Of a DNA stretch of 64,000 nt, positions 46,201 to 59,399 are shown one piece after another. Below the pieces are notes generated by a model. That model ran no database searches and was not told the DNA's origin. It saw only the letters and a program-made list of their open reading frames with translations. Within the stretch, counting starts at the first letter, position 1, and every line of letters begins with the position of its first letter. Position numbers and translations under genes: made by a program. The stretch is from Laetmonice hystrix (Eukaryota): the NCBI GenBank assembly GCA_965235115.1, contig OZ249445.1, positions 2,976,001-3,040,000 on the forward strand. The letters are read 5' to 3'.

Positions 46201-49200
46201 CGGTCCAAAATTTGACTGTTACAATACAGCACGGCAGGCCAAACCCTAAGGGCAAACCAGCCTTGGTGGACCTCCAGCTCCAAAAGGCAGTCATTTCAGC
46301 CATGTACTTCTTCACCACTCCCGTCCTCAATACTGCCTTTCTTTACTCCTCCTTCAGAGCACTATGTATTACAAACGCTGGATGGACTGAGTCTGCGTAT
46401 GGCTGGTGTACATAATATCAGAATATATATAAACTGTGTGAGTAGGCGAAACCATGTCACCGTATAACTGAATGACATGTTTGTATCATGCCTTGGCATG
46501 ATCCTTTCATATCCCATATGACTGGCTTTCATGTCGGTGTCAGCCCGCCATCCGCATGCCATACATCTCCACTCCACAGGAGCATCCACTGGGGACAGCA
46601 TCCATTCCCAAACAATTTGCCTTGATTTGTCAATAATTGTTCTACCAATAATCAATAAAATAAAATCTGAACCTGAATGAAACATCAAATTCCAAACATC
46701 TGCTAGTGCTACACCGTTTAAAAAAGTCCAATTGTGAAATTGACCCGGTGTTGGAAGTGAAAACTCGTCTTGGTGTCAGATCTCAAGAAAAAGCGAGTTT
46801 TGATAGCTAAATCGATATCTACACCGATTCCTTCTATTTCCATTCTCCCCGTACTACGATAACCCACAGGGGAGGGAATTGTGTGGAGAAGTTGTGTGGA
46901 TGAGCTTGGAGAAGTCAACTGATGTGAACCAGCCATGCTAAATATACACGTCTCACTTCGTCCCAGTAAGCTTTACAGCATGGCTGGCGTTACTCTGACA
47001 GAATCGTCTGCTGCTAATCTCAGATAATTTATCCAGAATTCATGGCATCCTTTAGATGTGTTGTAAAGACTTCTAGCACCTCTCCATCACTCTTTATTTA
47101 TTTCAGAATTATGTAATATTACTTCCAGAAATATTAAATCTTCCATTTTTTATTTGCTGTATTCTGTATTTGTACAGTTTTGTAGTGTCAGCAATGTGGA
47201 TGTTCTCCGAGCTACTGTTTCTGTCGATTACCATAATTTTAGAATCAGGCATACCTTATCATCTGCATCAATCACTAATGGTGTAACAGTGACCTGGGTA
47301 TGCCTTCACTAATACAGGATACAGCTAAAAGGCATTCGTCATGTAATTAACCAACAAATTATCTAATTGCGTTAGTAATAATCAAATTTGCACCCAGTGC
47401 ATACTGCTAGCTCTGATTCTAAAATTACAAACTACAGTAAAACTAAGACTTCTATGTGACAAAAGATACACAGATATTAACGCGAATTTTCTTCTATTAT
47501 AAATATTTGATCCTTCTTCTAATATAAGAACGTGAAGTATTGGCCTTTCAAGTAAAGATAGTAAACCCTTGGATCTTGTGATGATTTAGAATTCAATAAA
47601 TGTAGGCCTAACCGATGATGGCCATCAGATAGCATCAGATGATGAAAGGTTAATAGGAAACACACTGTTTTCTTTCGAGCTGCAGCGGAGGCCTTGTGAC
47701 AAACGTACTATCATATTTTAATTTCTTTTCAATGAGTTTATAGTCATAGTAATATAGCTTTATAACCTGGCTGAAGTTAGGAGCGGCTTATAAATGTGAT
47801 TTGGTACAAATCGCACCATAAAGTAATCTAAGCTCACCTTTCTAAAGTTATTGGTTCCTACTTACTCACACAATCTATGTTTCAAGTCCACTTAAACCTC
47901 TCACTCCAGATATACAACACATGTACTGTCCTAGGTGTCTACTAGTCTATCTCTAGTCCTCCCTGGTTACTGAAACTAGACAAACTATGAGCATTATCTC
48001 CATACCCCTTGGAAACATGTTTAACTACGAGCAGGAATATTACTACCTATACCTTTATCCTATTAATTTGTAATTAAGCACATCATTTCCTTACACTGAT
48101 TTTCACAAATTGATGGGGGATATCTTTCGTAATATTCACTATATAGAAGTCAAGGAAGTTTCTGATATGTAAATCCTAACAATACAAACTCCGTCTACGT
48201 ACATATCCCTACCGTGTCAAGATATCTAACGGTACACATGTGGTCACAGATACTGCACCCAGTTGGTGTGAGCAATCGCTGCTTACGCATACCTCATGAT
48301 AACAAAGGATCGCACCTTAAATAAACTTGACATGTTGTCACATGCTCATATTGTTATCCATGTTTGAACAAAAAAACACACAGAGATAAACTACACGCCC
48401 CCTTCTTGAATTTGTGACATCAGTTTCGCTTCAGGTTTAGAGATCAAGTGGCCATGACTATATGAACCTCAGTGTTATCTGTCGGGATAGAGAGAAGGTC
48501 CCTTTGCCTAGTGGACAAGTGTTTGGCGTTCAACTAACGGCTGACATCAGGTTGTTACCAACCCGCTCGAGGCCCGTGCTCATCCAGGTTATCCAGATAT
48601 GCACGACTCTTAAAGATAACTTAAGATAGGATCAAAACCACGCAGTGTATACATTATCATGAACAGACCATGACAAGTTCTCCTACTTATATATACATTG
48701 TACTTGCATGGAACTGCATCTATTCTTCCAGACAAACCCATAACGAAACGAGACGTTATTCTGGTGTTTCCTTACCTCAACAATTACAAGAAACACCAGA
48801 ATCCAGGGTGGACCTTGTCCTGGAAGCAATAGTCTTTGAGAAAAGAAAGTTTCTGCACGGTAGAACAAGCAGATCACAAACGCGTAAAATATGAGCATTT
48901 CCCTTCCTGAAATCAGCCCTGTGGCTCAGCACAGGCCTTCAAGTCTGAGTAAACACACCTTCAGTAAGCAACGCCTTTTGTTTCATCATATGAGGATGTT
49001 ATAATCAAATGTGTGCATTTAATACCAGCAGTCATTTCCGGTTGGCCATACACTACGTTTCAAGATACCCGAAAAATCTGCAGAAACATCTGCCCCCTCC
49101 CCCAAACAAAGAGAAAATTTATATTAACTGTAACTTAGATAGTTGAGGGCACAGATTGGCATAGATCTCACTGAACTAACTTTTCTTTTCCCTATCAAAC

Positions 49201-50497
49201 AAACGGTTTTATCTCTCAAGAGTATAGTCAAGAATACTTTCAATGGGTCATTCACCTCGATCAATATGATACATATCGAATAATTAATTCCAAAGCCTTC
49301 TCCCAGATTAAAACTATTTTTTCGGGATCAACGGTAGAACTGTCAAGAACACAGACTCCAGAACTACCAGTCAGTATGCATCACCTGGTGTAACTCGTCA
49401 ATATTAATGTCAGTACCATACTATAAAAAAATACCTGCCATCTTTCGATTGTTTCTCTGCTGCTTTGGTCCCATCATGGTCGGATAAAAAATAGTTTCTA
49501 GAATTGTTAACACTTAACGGAATTACATATGATACGGCCCACATGATGAGACCACTGCAAAGGTTGATGCATGTTGTATGTTATCCCCACCTACATTTAT
49601 GGGAAGTTTGTTCATACAAAGGCGGCTCTGATTCAGTCCTTAGCACTGTCATGGCAAAGAAATGTATCAGACGTTTAGGAAATGTCGCTTGAAAGCCTCT
49701 TCTCATTTCCTGTAACAGGTGTGCTATGCAATCAGCCTTAAAGACAGTCGTGGAGCTGAGCCTTCCGCTTGTACCTTCCAGTTTTCCCCCCATAGAACAC
49801 ACATCAGATGTACGGTTTCTGAGTCGTTGCCGTTTCATCGCCCATCCGTTACTCTTTGCCCTCCGTTTTTCTTTGATTTACTCGCACCAAGCGATCGCAC
49901 GGATACAGCGGCCATGTCTCCGGGATCTGACTTGTCATTGCCGGTGAGTGGGACACCCTATGATATTGATTGGGCAGGACACCAGGGCGGTAGGGCCCGT
50001 GGAAATGTTCGCTCCTGGTGTCAAACAGAATGAAGGTGTTCCTGTGCCGTGCGTGAGACGCCGACATGCACAGGATGGTAGGTGAGACCAAATTGATCAA
50101 ATCATACCGTATTACATGGCTTTATCTGGGTGAAGTCAACCCCCGCCTGACTGACCTACACTTGTACACACCGCCTTAACTTTCCAAACATATAGGTCAA
50201 TTCTAGGTCACTTTATTTACCCATTCATGGTTCCTGGAGCATTTCACCATTTGGGGGATTTGAACGACTTTGCGGGGTGATATTTTAAACAAATAAAGCA
50301 AGAAAACATTTTTAGGAGGGGAGGGGGCGTCTCCTACGACAAACCATGGCCTGCAACGGACGTTTTGAATCAAGTCAGGAGGCAAAGTGGTTTTGCAGAA
50401 CTTTACAAAAATCACCCAAGACTAAACGAGCCTTACATACAGCGGCAATGTTCACAATGGCTGCGTGGCATATGTGGACCTACCTCACTGTTATTAG

Positions 50498-50511
50498 GTT
50501 TCCATGGCAAC
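50498..50511. promoter_or_regulatory. RFX X-box motif
   Basis: GTTTCCATGGCAAC, a canonical X-box. Confidence 0.45.
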
Positions 50512-53500
50512 AAATACCACGATCAGTGAAGCTGGCATAATTCCGGCCCATTGTGAAGTAACTGCCCTGTGAGACCTGCGGGAATCGCCCTGCTCAAAAG
50601 GGCACTAATTACAATAAGAAACATCTTTGGGTCAATATAATGGCATGTAATGATGCCAGTCCAGTGGGGCCCCTGCAGCGCTGTGATGGGAATTATATTT
50701 GCCCTCTGTCCCCGTCATCTCCACCCCCGCCCGCCACCACTCCCGACTACTCCATCCGACCACACAACGCTATATGAACCCACTCTATTTGTCAACTGAC
50801 TTTTGACAATGTCCCTGACCCTGTCTTCCATCTATAAGCCTCAATCCAAGTCTCAAATCATGTTATTTATCACTGCTGGCACCTTCACGCACGCCACTAA
50901 AAGCATTAGCAGTCAGCATGTGGATATCGCAGGAGGCATTATTTTGGGACAATCAGCCTGTGTTTAAGTATGGATGCCGTGTGAATGCCCCAATTGGATC
51001 TCAGTGAACTTCCTCTGCGCCAGCCAGCCACCCTGCAGCCTTTCCTGGCGGCCGGGCGGGCGCTCTCCCCACTCCCAGCACCACCCAACAACCACCGCTA
51101 CACAACATCACAACTCCAGCCACGCTAACACTTCTCTTGGTGTCCGTCTCTGGTCCGCTTCTCTCCACCACTTCTTCACCATCCCCGTGTCCATAAATCA
51201 AAATGTTTTCTTTTGCCGCTGATGGTGTGTCACCATAGAGAAGTGAAACACCTGAAAAAGGGGCCATGTTCACTGCGGGAGGGGGGAGTGAGCCGAGATG
51301 AGGTGGAGGTATAAATTCAGCGGGGCCTAAGGCAACATCACCCTGGCACGTATGATCGGGCGGCAGTGAATCAAACCACGGTTGCCTTTTGATCTGGCAT
51401 TGTACGTGGCTGCAGCCTGTGTGCGCTAGTTCACGGACGTACAATGGTGCGTGGCCATTCGTTACACCTTACCTCCCTCTACAGACAATGTAATGGCTGC
51501 AGCAGCCACAGCCCTGATGGTAGGAGGCAATTGTTCTAGGCATGTTGGCGTCATAACCCCAACTCAAACTACCTTCCATCAGCGCACCCCCACCCACTTC
51601 ACTCCACAAAGCCTTACTAGCTCACACACTACCGGTGCTCTGACTGACAGGGCCAGGAAATGGGGGTTTTATGCAGAGCAAGCCAGCTTTAATCTGCTTG
51701 TGAAAATTCTAATGCGTTGCTATTAATATGTTATTTACAGCAGAGGCAAGAGCAGAGGTGGTCTGGTATGTTTGAAACAGCCGGGTCATGGAACCATGCA
51801 CTCGCTCGCCGGCTGTGGCAAGCTGCTGGCAGGCACAGGCGGGCGGCCGGTAGGGCAGCAACCAACCGCCGCCGCCGCTCAACCAGAGGGCTGCAAGCAA
51901 CGCAAGGCAGCGCGTGCATGTGCGTGCATGCATGTCTCGGTGCACACAAAGATGGAACTCACAACCCGCAATAGACCGAGCGCAAGCACTGGCTCTCACA
52001 GGCTTGGACTGGAGGGCTTGTCTTTCATCCTATTAACAACAAACCCCTCGCTTCCCCCCTCCCCCTCCCACACCATCTCCCAATAAAAATAACACATGTG
52101 TGTCGACTACAACCGAAAGAGACGTTCTCATATTTAACACCGTAACAACATCAGCAAATGCTGGCTGGCGTGATTATAACACGAGGTGGAACCCACCCCA
52201 AAACGACATGAGTGAAAGGCCTGTCAAGGCTGCTAGACATTATTATCACGACGGTCTCCAATGGCTCCTAACAATTAATAATACTTCATTAGCTCCTTTC
52301 CTTCACCCAACATTGCTTCACATTATATGGTAACTCATAAAGGGGGATGATTAAATTGCTGACAGGAATTAGCTGCGCCCTCATTTCTCCAGTTCTAAGA
52401 TCAGCTGATGTACTGGTACATATAGAAACACCCCTCTGCTGTCCGTTACCGTATACAAGCGAGTTTTACTCAATATGAAAACACGGAACGTGTTACAAAT
52501 GGCTTCTCTTACCATGTCTATTAATGATAGCTATTAAAGGGTCCCCAAAAAGCCTCCATTTGGCAAATAATCTCCCCCCTCCCCCTAGAAAAAAAATAAA
52601 CGATCTGGATCACGACTGTGGCATGGATGTCGTTTTCGATCATTTAGAATTCTGGGGTTGGCAGAGCCGCTGCTCGTCCCTCCCGGCGACTCGGGCCCCG
52701 TCCTGACTTACATCCCAATACAAGACTGGCCCGTGTGCAGGCACGACACTCTGTGATTTGCATTATAAGAGATTCACTAGAATGTCAGCATTCCGCCACA
52801 AATGAAGACGGTGTGAAATAAGCCACCCCTCTGGGGACATTAGCCACATTTGGCAGTGAAACAATCTCGCCCTAAACATGATGGAGCCCCCAGTGTAACA
52901 CGGCGGTGGAGTAATTTTTCTACACCCGAGGTGGGGAAAAACACCCTCAGAGGTGTTACAAACATCCTCAACTTAACTCACTACTAGCTGTCCAGTTAGA
53001 AGTCAAGCTTTATACTAGATCAATCCAGATACGACAAAAACGTCTCGTCTGCATGCCTGGCAAATCGTGTTGTTCTGCCGAACCAGTCGGAATCGTTTTC
53101 TTTCAGCAGACAACGGAAGTAAGGATTTTTATTGCGTTTTAAATCCATAAGGTTTACCATGTTTTCACCTCGCCGTGAATGCTGAATTCACTGCAGACAG
53201 AAAAAGGGCGGGGACAGTGAAATATCGCTTGATAATAGTGGCAGTGCATCTCCCGACTAGTAGAACAGCGGGTACCCAAAATAGCTAGCTTACTGTGCTG
53301 GTCCAATATGTACGGCTGATCAGCGGTCTCACCATGGCATACCTCTCTCGCTACAAATCATGCTTAAACAACGACAGCATGTTATAAATCACTGCCGAGT
53401 GCCGTCCTATTTACACCAAATTAGGAAGTGTTCAATACATAAAAAGATGAGCAATTGATGGATCAATCTATTAGGCAGAACGCTGAACACAAGTGTCACC

Positions 53501-56402
53501 ATGGTCACATCAATAGCTAGTGGTGGGACAGCTGTTTGCTTAAAGAGTTTGTAGCCAAATGATCACTCGTCGATGCCGCCTCTGCTGATGCCAGCCACCG
53601 CAGCCACCAACCACGTACCCGATTTTTTTCTTGGCTGTTCGAAAATGCAACTCCTCTACTTGTACACCTTGACAGAAGCTTACCAATGGCATGCCTTTTA
53701 ATTCTTGATTCAAATGAAGAGAAACATATACTGTATGAGTAAACTAATCATAAGTACTGTGTGGGTTCTACCTTGTAACTTATAAATTACTCTTTCACTT
53801 GGACAGCGGAGGTTCTGACCACAGCACCTTCGGCTGCCTCGACGAACTATTCGGGGCAAGGAGGACTGCCGAGACGTTCGTGTGACCATTGAGCTGGGCA
53901 GACAGGGCCACAGATCGGGTCAGGATTCGACCATATGCAGGTTACGACAGGCCAACTGGAGGCTGACAGCTCAGTCTCAGGGAAAACTTTACCGTGAATA
54001 GAAACGTATATACTTTATAGCCCCATTAGTTAGCACGTGTGACGGGCCAGGATATTTGCCACTCTGCGTACACAGTGCCACTACATCGCCGGTATTTGTA
54101 CCTGCGAGTAGCAAGACGGAATGGATGGCATCGCAATATCGAGACAATAAGCTCCTGCTTGAGGTTTGTTTGTATGTTCCACTGAGGCCAGTACGGCCAC
54201 TAAGTGTTGACTAATGTGGCCCTGGCCAACCAGCACTACATCAAGCACTGCCGCGATGAGTTGCCCTGGGTTGCATGAAGAAATGATCTGACTCAATATA
54301 TCACATACATAAGGTGGATTGCTGCTGACATTCATATTCTGCGTGAGGAGGGAAACGGCTACAACACACATGAAAGTGTGAATGGGTCTTTGACACGGCT
54401 GTCACGGAGCATCTGGTGGCGTTCTCTGTATGCCGCGCGCACAGCATATGCTGCTACTCAGGTGTGCTGGCTGTGGTTTGCCGATTGTACCCCGCTACAG
54501 ATGTCAAACAGAAGCTGTGCAAACGGGGCTGTTAACAGTCTAACCCGAACAATAGCCCCACCCTCTCTCGCCATCCACGCCACCTTCATCGTTAAACTTC
54601 CAGTTCAACAGTAACCTCACCGACCAATCATCTTCTCCAGGAGCGGCAGCAGACGGTTGGACTTGACGATCTCTTACTAACAACTTGAAAGAAAGGTCTG
54701 TAAGTCCACCGTCCATTGCCACGGCCCCAACTGGAACCATTCAACAGACCCTAACTGTCCGACAGGAAAACTGGGTTCACACCTTTCCCACTTTCAATGG
54801 ACCAATCTGAGAAGAAAGAGCTATCTCTGACTCCCTGCCCACCTTTGCCATGAAGCTTGATGCATCAGCAAAGTCCAAATTGATGGAGACATTACTACAG
54901 AGGCCTGCTGACCTTCCTCCAACAAATGATGCACTAGTATTCTGGGGGAGATAAGTTCTCTTACAAGTCGACCTCATTACCTGTCACTCGAATTGTGTGT
55001 GGGACACCATTAACATCCCTGTTTGCCACCCTGATTGTCAGTGCATTAGCTTAATATGACTGGCTTGAAATCAAATAGCAGTCTGGTTATGACACAGCGA
55101 AGCTTTACGCTGGGGTGAAAATCCCATTTGGCACAGACTGACCACTAAATGAGGACCAGCACCGTCTAACGGCTCACGATTGTCAGTTCTCCCGGAGTTT
55201 ACTAAAGTGCTGACCAACTACACTGAACTCCATAGCTTGGGGCCTCTGCTGTCTTCAATTGACAGATCCTCTCATAAATGGTCTTAGTGTTGATGCGGTC
55301 AGGCATATCTACAAAACTCAAAAGCTCATATTTATAAACATTAGTGGGATTGGATGTACTTGAATGTGCAGCCGCTATTAGTCTTCACTTGTATTCCCTT
55401 GTAAAATATTCATTCTGTATATTTTTCAAAGACCCACAAAGGGGCAATTTTACTGCATCATCAAAGATTATGTGTGGTGATGTCAACATTTGCACTGCAT
55501 CCAACGGTTCAGTGTAAATATTAACGTTACCAAATTTCACTGAATGCTAATCCTACAATTTCAAAACATGTCACAAGGTAGGTGGGTGGATGTCACAAAG
55601 TTCAGTATTGATCTCAAGTAGCTCAGTGTCACTGTGCCACTCTAATATTCAGGTTCCATGTAGAGATTAAAGTTTGCAATCCCTATGTATTGGATAAAAT
55701 TATCATAGGGCTGAAGTAGCTTGCCTACCAAAGAGCCGTTTCTCCTATATTGGGGCAGAAGTTGAGGCCTGTATGCCTTGGCGGCTTCAGGCCAGTGTCT
55801 GGCACGCGTAAGGCAAGCGGTGACATTGATCACTCCCAAGTTGTTATCAATGAAAAAGATCAATTGACACAAATACAGACAGAGGGAGGATCGAATTGAG
55901 GAAGTCTATGGTGCAAGGCTGGCCTTGTGTCGATCAATTTTAAACAGGGGAGCAAAGCAATACCAGTCGACCACAATTGGCAGTTACTGGCACCAATATC
56001 TACAACTTCTTCAATCCTATATCACAGCCCAACTCCACCCTCTAATATCTCAGAGGAAAAAGCCGTTTTCAAAACTTTCGAAGTGTCACACTTTGGTAAA
56101 TCCTCCATGGTATCTGCCCGTGACTACAGTCCTTACATCTTGAGCAATGCAAGACCAAGTAACTGGACACATATGGATTGAGGCTATGCACTAGGTTATC
56201 ACTAGTGTGGCCAAGTTGGCCAAGTTGACCAGATTGATAAAAATACAAGTAGTAATACAATCCATGATTCCCTTTGGTTCCCTTTCTTCTTTGATACAAC
56301 ACCGGGATGGAGAACCAGTATATATGTACAACAGCCACAGAGGAACCACAGGAATGCATAGGGGTACACAGTATGTACATAAGGTTATACATGTTTAGTT
56401 AC

Positions 56403-57474
56403 CTGCTAGCCGAAGAGCGGACATCCTTTGAAACTCAGGTTCCTGCAACCACTTCCACATGCGTCGAAATGTTTCCCGGCCCGACTTCAGCTTGCTCCAA
56501 GGTTTGGGGTTCCGGAGGAGGTCTGAAAGAGTTCCTTGGCTTCTACAGAGGACGCGCTGGGCAAACACTGCTTGTGGGATGCTGTACCTCTTCAGTTCAC
56601 TTGAGATCTTCTGTGCAAGTTCTTTTGTGTTTATTTCCTCAACTTCTTGTTTTGTGTTAGGTGATTCTGGCATGGATCCTGGCCGGCCATCCCGTGTGGG
56701 TGTCATGACAGAGGGGGTGTGGCTGTGCGGCGACGTGTTGGTGGCGTGGTGCAGTCCGTTCAGAGATGTAGGCATCATTGGGTTTGGCGAATGTAGACGA
56801 GCTGTGACCGGCTGTGCCATTCCCCTGCCGTATGTGTCGTATGTCTGTGGAGCCATGTTAGCCATGGACATCTTGTGCTCCAACTTTGGAGAGTGTAGGC
56901 CTCCATTCTGTGTGTACGAGGGGTAGGGACTGCTCAGGTGGGGTTGGGATACTTGTGAATGGGAATATCCATTGGAACCCATCATTGACATGGGAGATGT
57001 GTTCATACCCACACCCATGTTCATCATCCCCATATTGCCTAACTTGGTGTCATACCTGGCATATGCTGAGTTCATGTCCACTGAAGGCATCCCCATTCCG
57101 TTGTTTTGCATCAGGGTAAAACTCCCAGAAACGTTTGGGGATGTGGCAAACTTCTCCGAAATGCTCGACATCGTAGAGATGGGCGGTAGTGGCTGCAGCG
57201 GCGTGAGCGTCGCATAACTCGATGTGGGGCTCGGGTTGTACCCCGGGCTCATCCGTCCATTCAATGTATGGTACGTACTCTCCGGCATTTGGGAGCGGTA
57301 TTCGTTGGAGTCAATCATGCTGGCAACACTGACGGCGCCTGAACGTGAAATGCTCGGACTGAGCTCGGCTGGACTGATTAAATCGGCGCTGCTGCTGACG
57401 GAAGGGGTGACACTTACACTCGATGTATCGGTGATCTGCTGATCTGCCAACTCGCCCATGTTTTCCATCGTCAT
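56403..57474 (-). CDS. onecut: ONECUT/HNF6-class CUT-homeobox transcription factor, first coding exon (N-terminus, TP-box, CUT domain)
   Basis: The translation contains the TP-box SYATLTPLQPLPPIST and a full CUT domain, EEINTKELAQKISSELKRYSIPQAVFAQRVLCRSQGTLSDLLRNPKPWSKLKSGRETFRRMWKWLQEPEFQRMSALRLA. The exon ends at GCAG|GTAACT (phase 1), the intron position known for ONECUT genes. An in-frame TGA lies 21 nt upstream of the ATG at 57474. Confidence 0.97.
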
Positions 57475-57960
57475 ACCTCTAATCGCTAACGATCAAAGCC
57501 CGGATAATGATGCAGTGACACTCGTCGTAACCCTTGGAAGCTTCGCGGTGGTTGGTTGGTGGGGCAGGGGGGGCTATTACGATAGCCTGGGAACGAACAA
57601 TCTGCACAACGCAACCTCCTCCATGTTTGGACAGCTGTAACCCATCGACCTGCGCAGTCCCGCTCTGCGCACCCTTGATAAACAAGTGCGCGTGCGTACC
57701 TAATTTCCGCGAAGATGTATTCATCCGAATCGCACGTGGTTTCTTCTCTTCATCACTGTGGGTGATGGCAGCAGAGCGCCAGGCCGGCTGCTGGCGCGGA
57801 CTCCCAGAACATTTTAGCGGCAGAAAAAGCGCGTTTTCGAGTCTGAAAAACACTGATAGAAGGAAGCACATATAATATGGATTGTCACCAAACACATCGC
57901 GGAAAGAGAAATACACGCGGGAGTTTTACGTGAACACGTGCGCGGAGAATTATAGGCCTC
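57475..57960 (-). promoter_or_regulatory. Onecut 5' leader / proximal upstream region with several uORFs
   Basis: CpG-rich. Minus-strand uATGs at 57871, 57812, 57753, 57724, 57645 and 57624. A TATA-like CTATAATT and a CACGTG lie near 57935-57955. Two acceptor-like sites occur (TTCCTTCTATCAG| before 57852, TGTTTTTCAG| before 57842). The TSS cannot be determined from sequence. Confidence 0.55.
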
Positions 57961-59399
57961 TAATCAGTTGTCGGTGGTATTGCATTGGGTGGACGATCTT
58001 GCGTACATGACTTCATGGACTTGTGTTTCTTCTCTTGGCGGGATCGAGATCTCCACCGGAGAGGTCCTATGTAAAACATGTAGACGAAGGCATAATTCAA
58101 GGTAGAAAATGACAGCAGACCTTTGATATCACTTAGTAATCAGTATTTGCTATAGCTAGGACTGTTTGGAGAGTCTGCTGGTGGTGAGGGGAACAAAAGT
58201 AAAGTTTGCACAAGTTACGGCCTGCCAAATGTAAATATCTACACCGAAGAGTACAATGGCAATGGCAATGTTGTAAAAGTGTTGAACATGTGAAATTTAT
58301 CAGAGAAAACGATATCTCCAGGTAGCAATTAAGCCGTGGCGTGCATTCTCACGCAAAGGCAAAGAAGAAGCAATAAAGGCTCAATCCCTGTGTAAACATC
58401 AGAGAGTGCGCCATGATTGTTCCCTGTGAATTCGAATCGCTTGAAAAGATGCTTTTTGTCTCTGCGGATCTGTTATGAAATTAAAATTACGGTAACCTTG
58501 GTCACCAAATTGTGCCCCAAACAATATGCATTAGTCACTGTTCTGGGAACAGCCTATAGTTGCGCAGGCATATTACCTCGTTGGGTGTCATTAGAAATGC
58601 GTGTAGCCGGACCAGCTAACTTTACAGTGGCCGTTCCGCTCAGTTGCACCTTTTAAAATTCACATGCAACTGCTACAGAATCGCAAATGGACCTTTTTCA
58701 TCACCTCACAAAGCAACACTGTATATTTTAACTGGAATGTTATTCAAAGTTATCATAGACCAAGTTCAACAAACCGTTGCTGGCCAAGGTTTATACGACA
58801 GGGACTTCTGCGGTCCTTGATCTAGGGTAGGCCAAGGCTTGATGTCGACCTTGAAATCCATTCTGGTAGATCTAGGAGAATGAGATTTCTTTAACGGTTA
58901 GCATAAATTAAATAAATGAATTGCTAAATAATCCTATCTTTGAATTTGACCTACTCGGAATCGATCCATGCTATATAGATCTACTAGGCCTATATGGGAT
59001 CTAGGGCCTGCATTTGCAATTTATGGAATTTAAGACTATATTTTCTAGGCCTAATGACATAGGCCTATTATAGACCCTAATATGCCTAGATCTAGGAGGG
59101 ACAGTCCCTAAAGCTTTTAATTATTTCTAGGTCAGGTCTTAATACTCATATATGCCTACATGCAGGTCTACGGTCATCTTAGGCATAAGCTTCCAGCAGC
59201 TTCTCCAGCGCCCGTGAGTCACCTTTTCCAGGAGGAGATATCCAACTGTAGAACCAGGCTGAGGCTGGCGTGGCAGGGATCCAGAGAGATCCGTCCAATG
59301 ATGCATTGATGGCAATGTCGTTCTGCACTCATCGGAGGCAGGCTGCAAGGCTGGCCTGACCTTGCCTTGAGAATCGTCCTACACAGCTGCTTCCACACG

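Larger units (their letters stand above)
1..56402 (-). other. onecut: Onecut intron following the CUT exon (3' end lies outside the window)
   Basis: GT donor at 56402-56401. A manual scan for codons of the homeodomain motifs (PRLVFT, NFFMNARRR) on the minus strand found no match in 1-56402. The scan was by eye, so a small exon could have been missed. Confidence 0.8.

Noticed and set aside
47172-47199. Minus-strand HIADTTKLYK, similar to the CR1/L2 RT motif FADDTKLY
   Set aside because: The catalytic DD is absent and the flanking frames show no other RT motifs.
56307-57442. Plus-strand ORFs of 70-155 aa overlapping Onecut
   Set aside because: Antisense shadows of the real coding exon.
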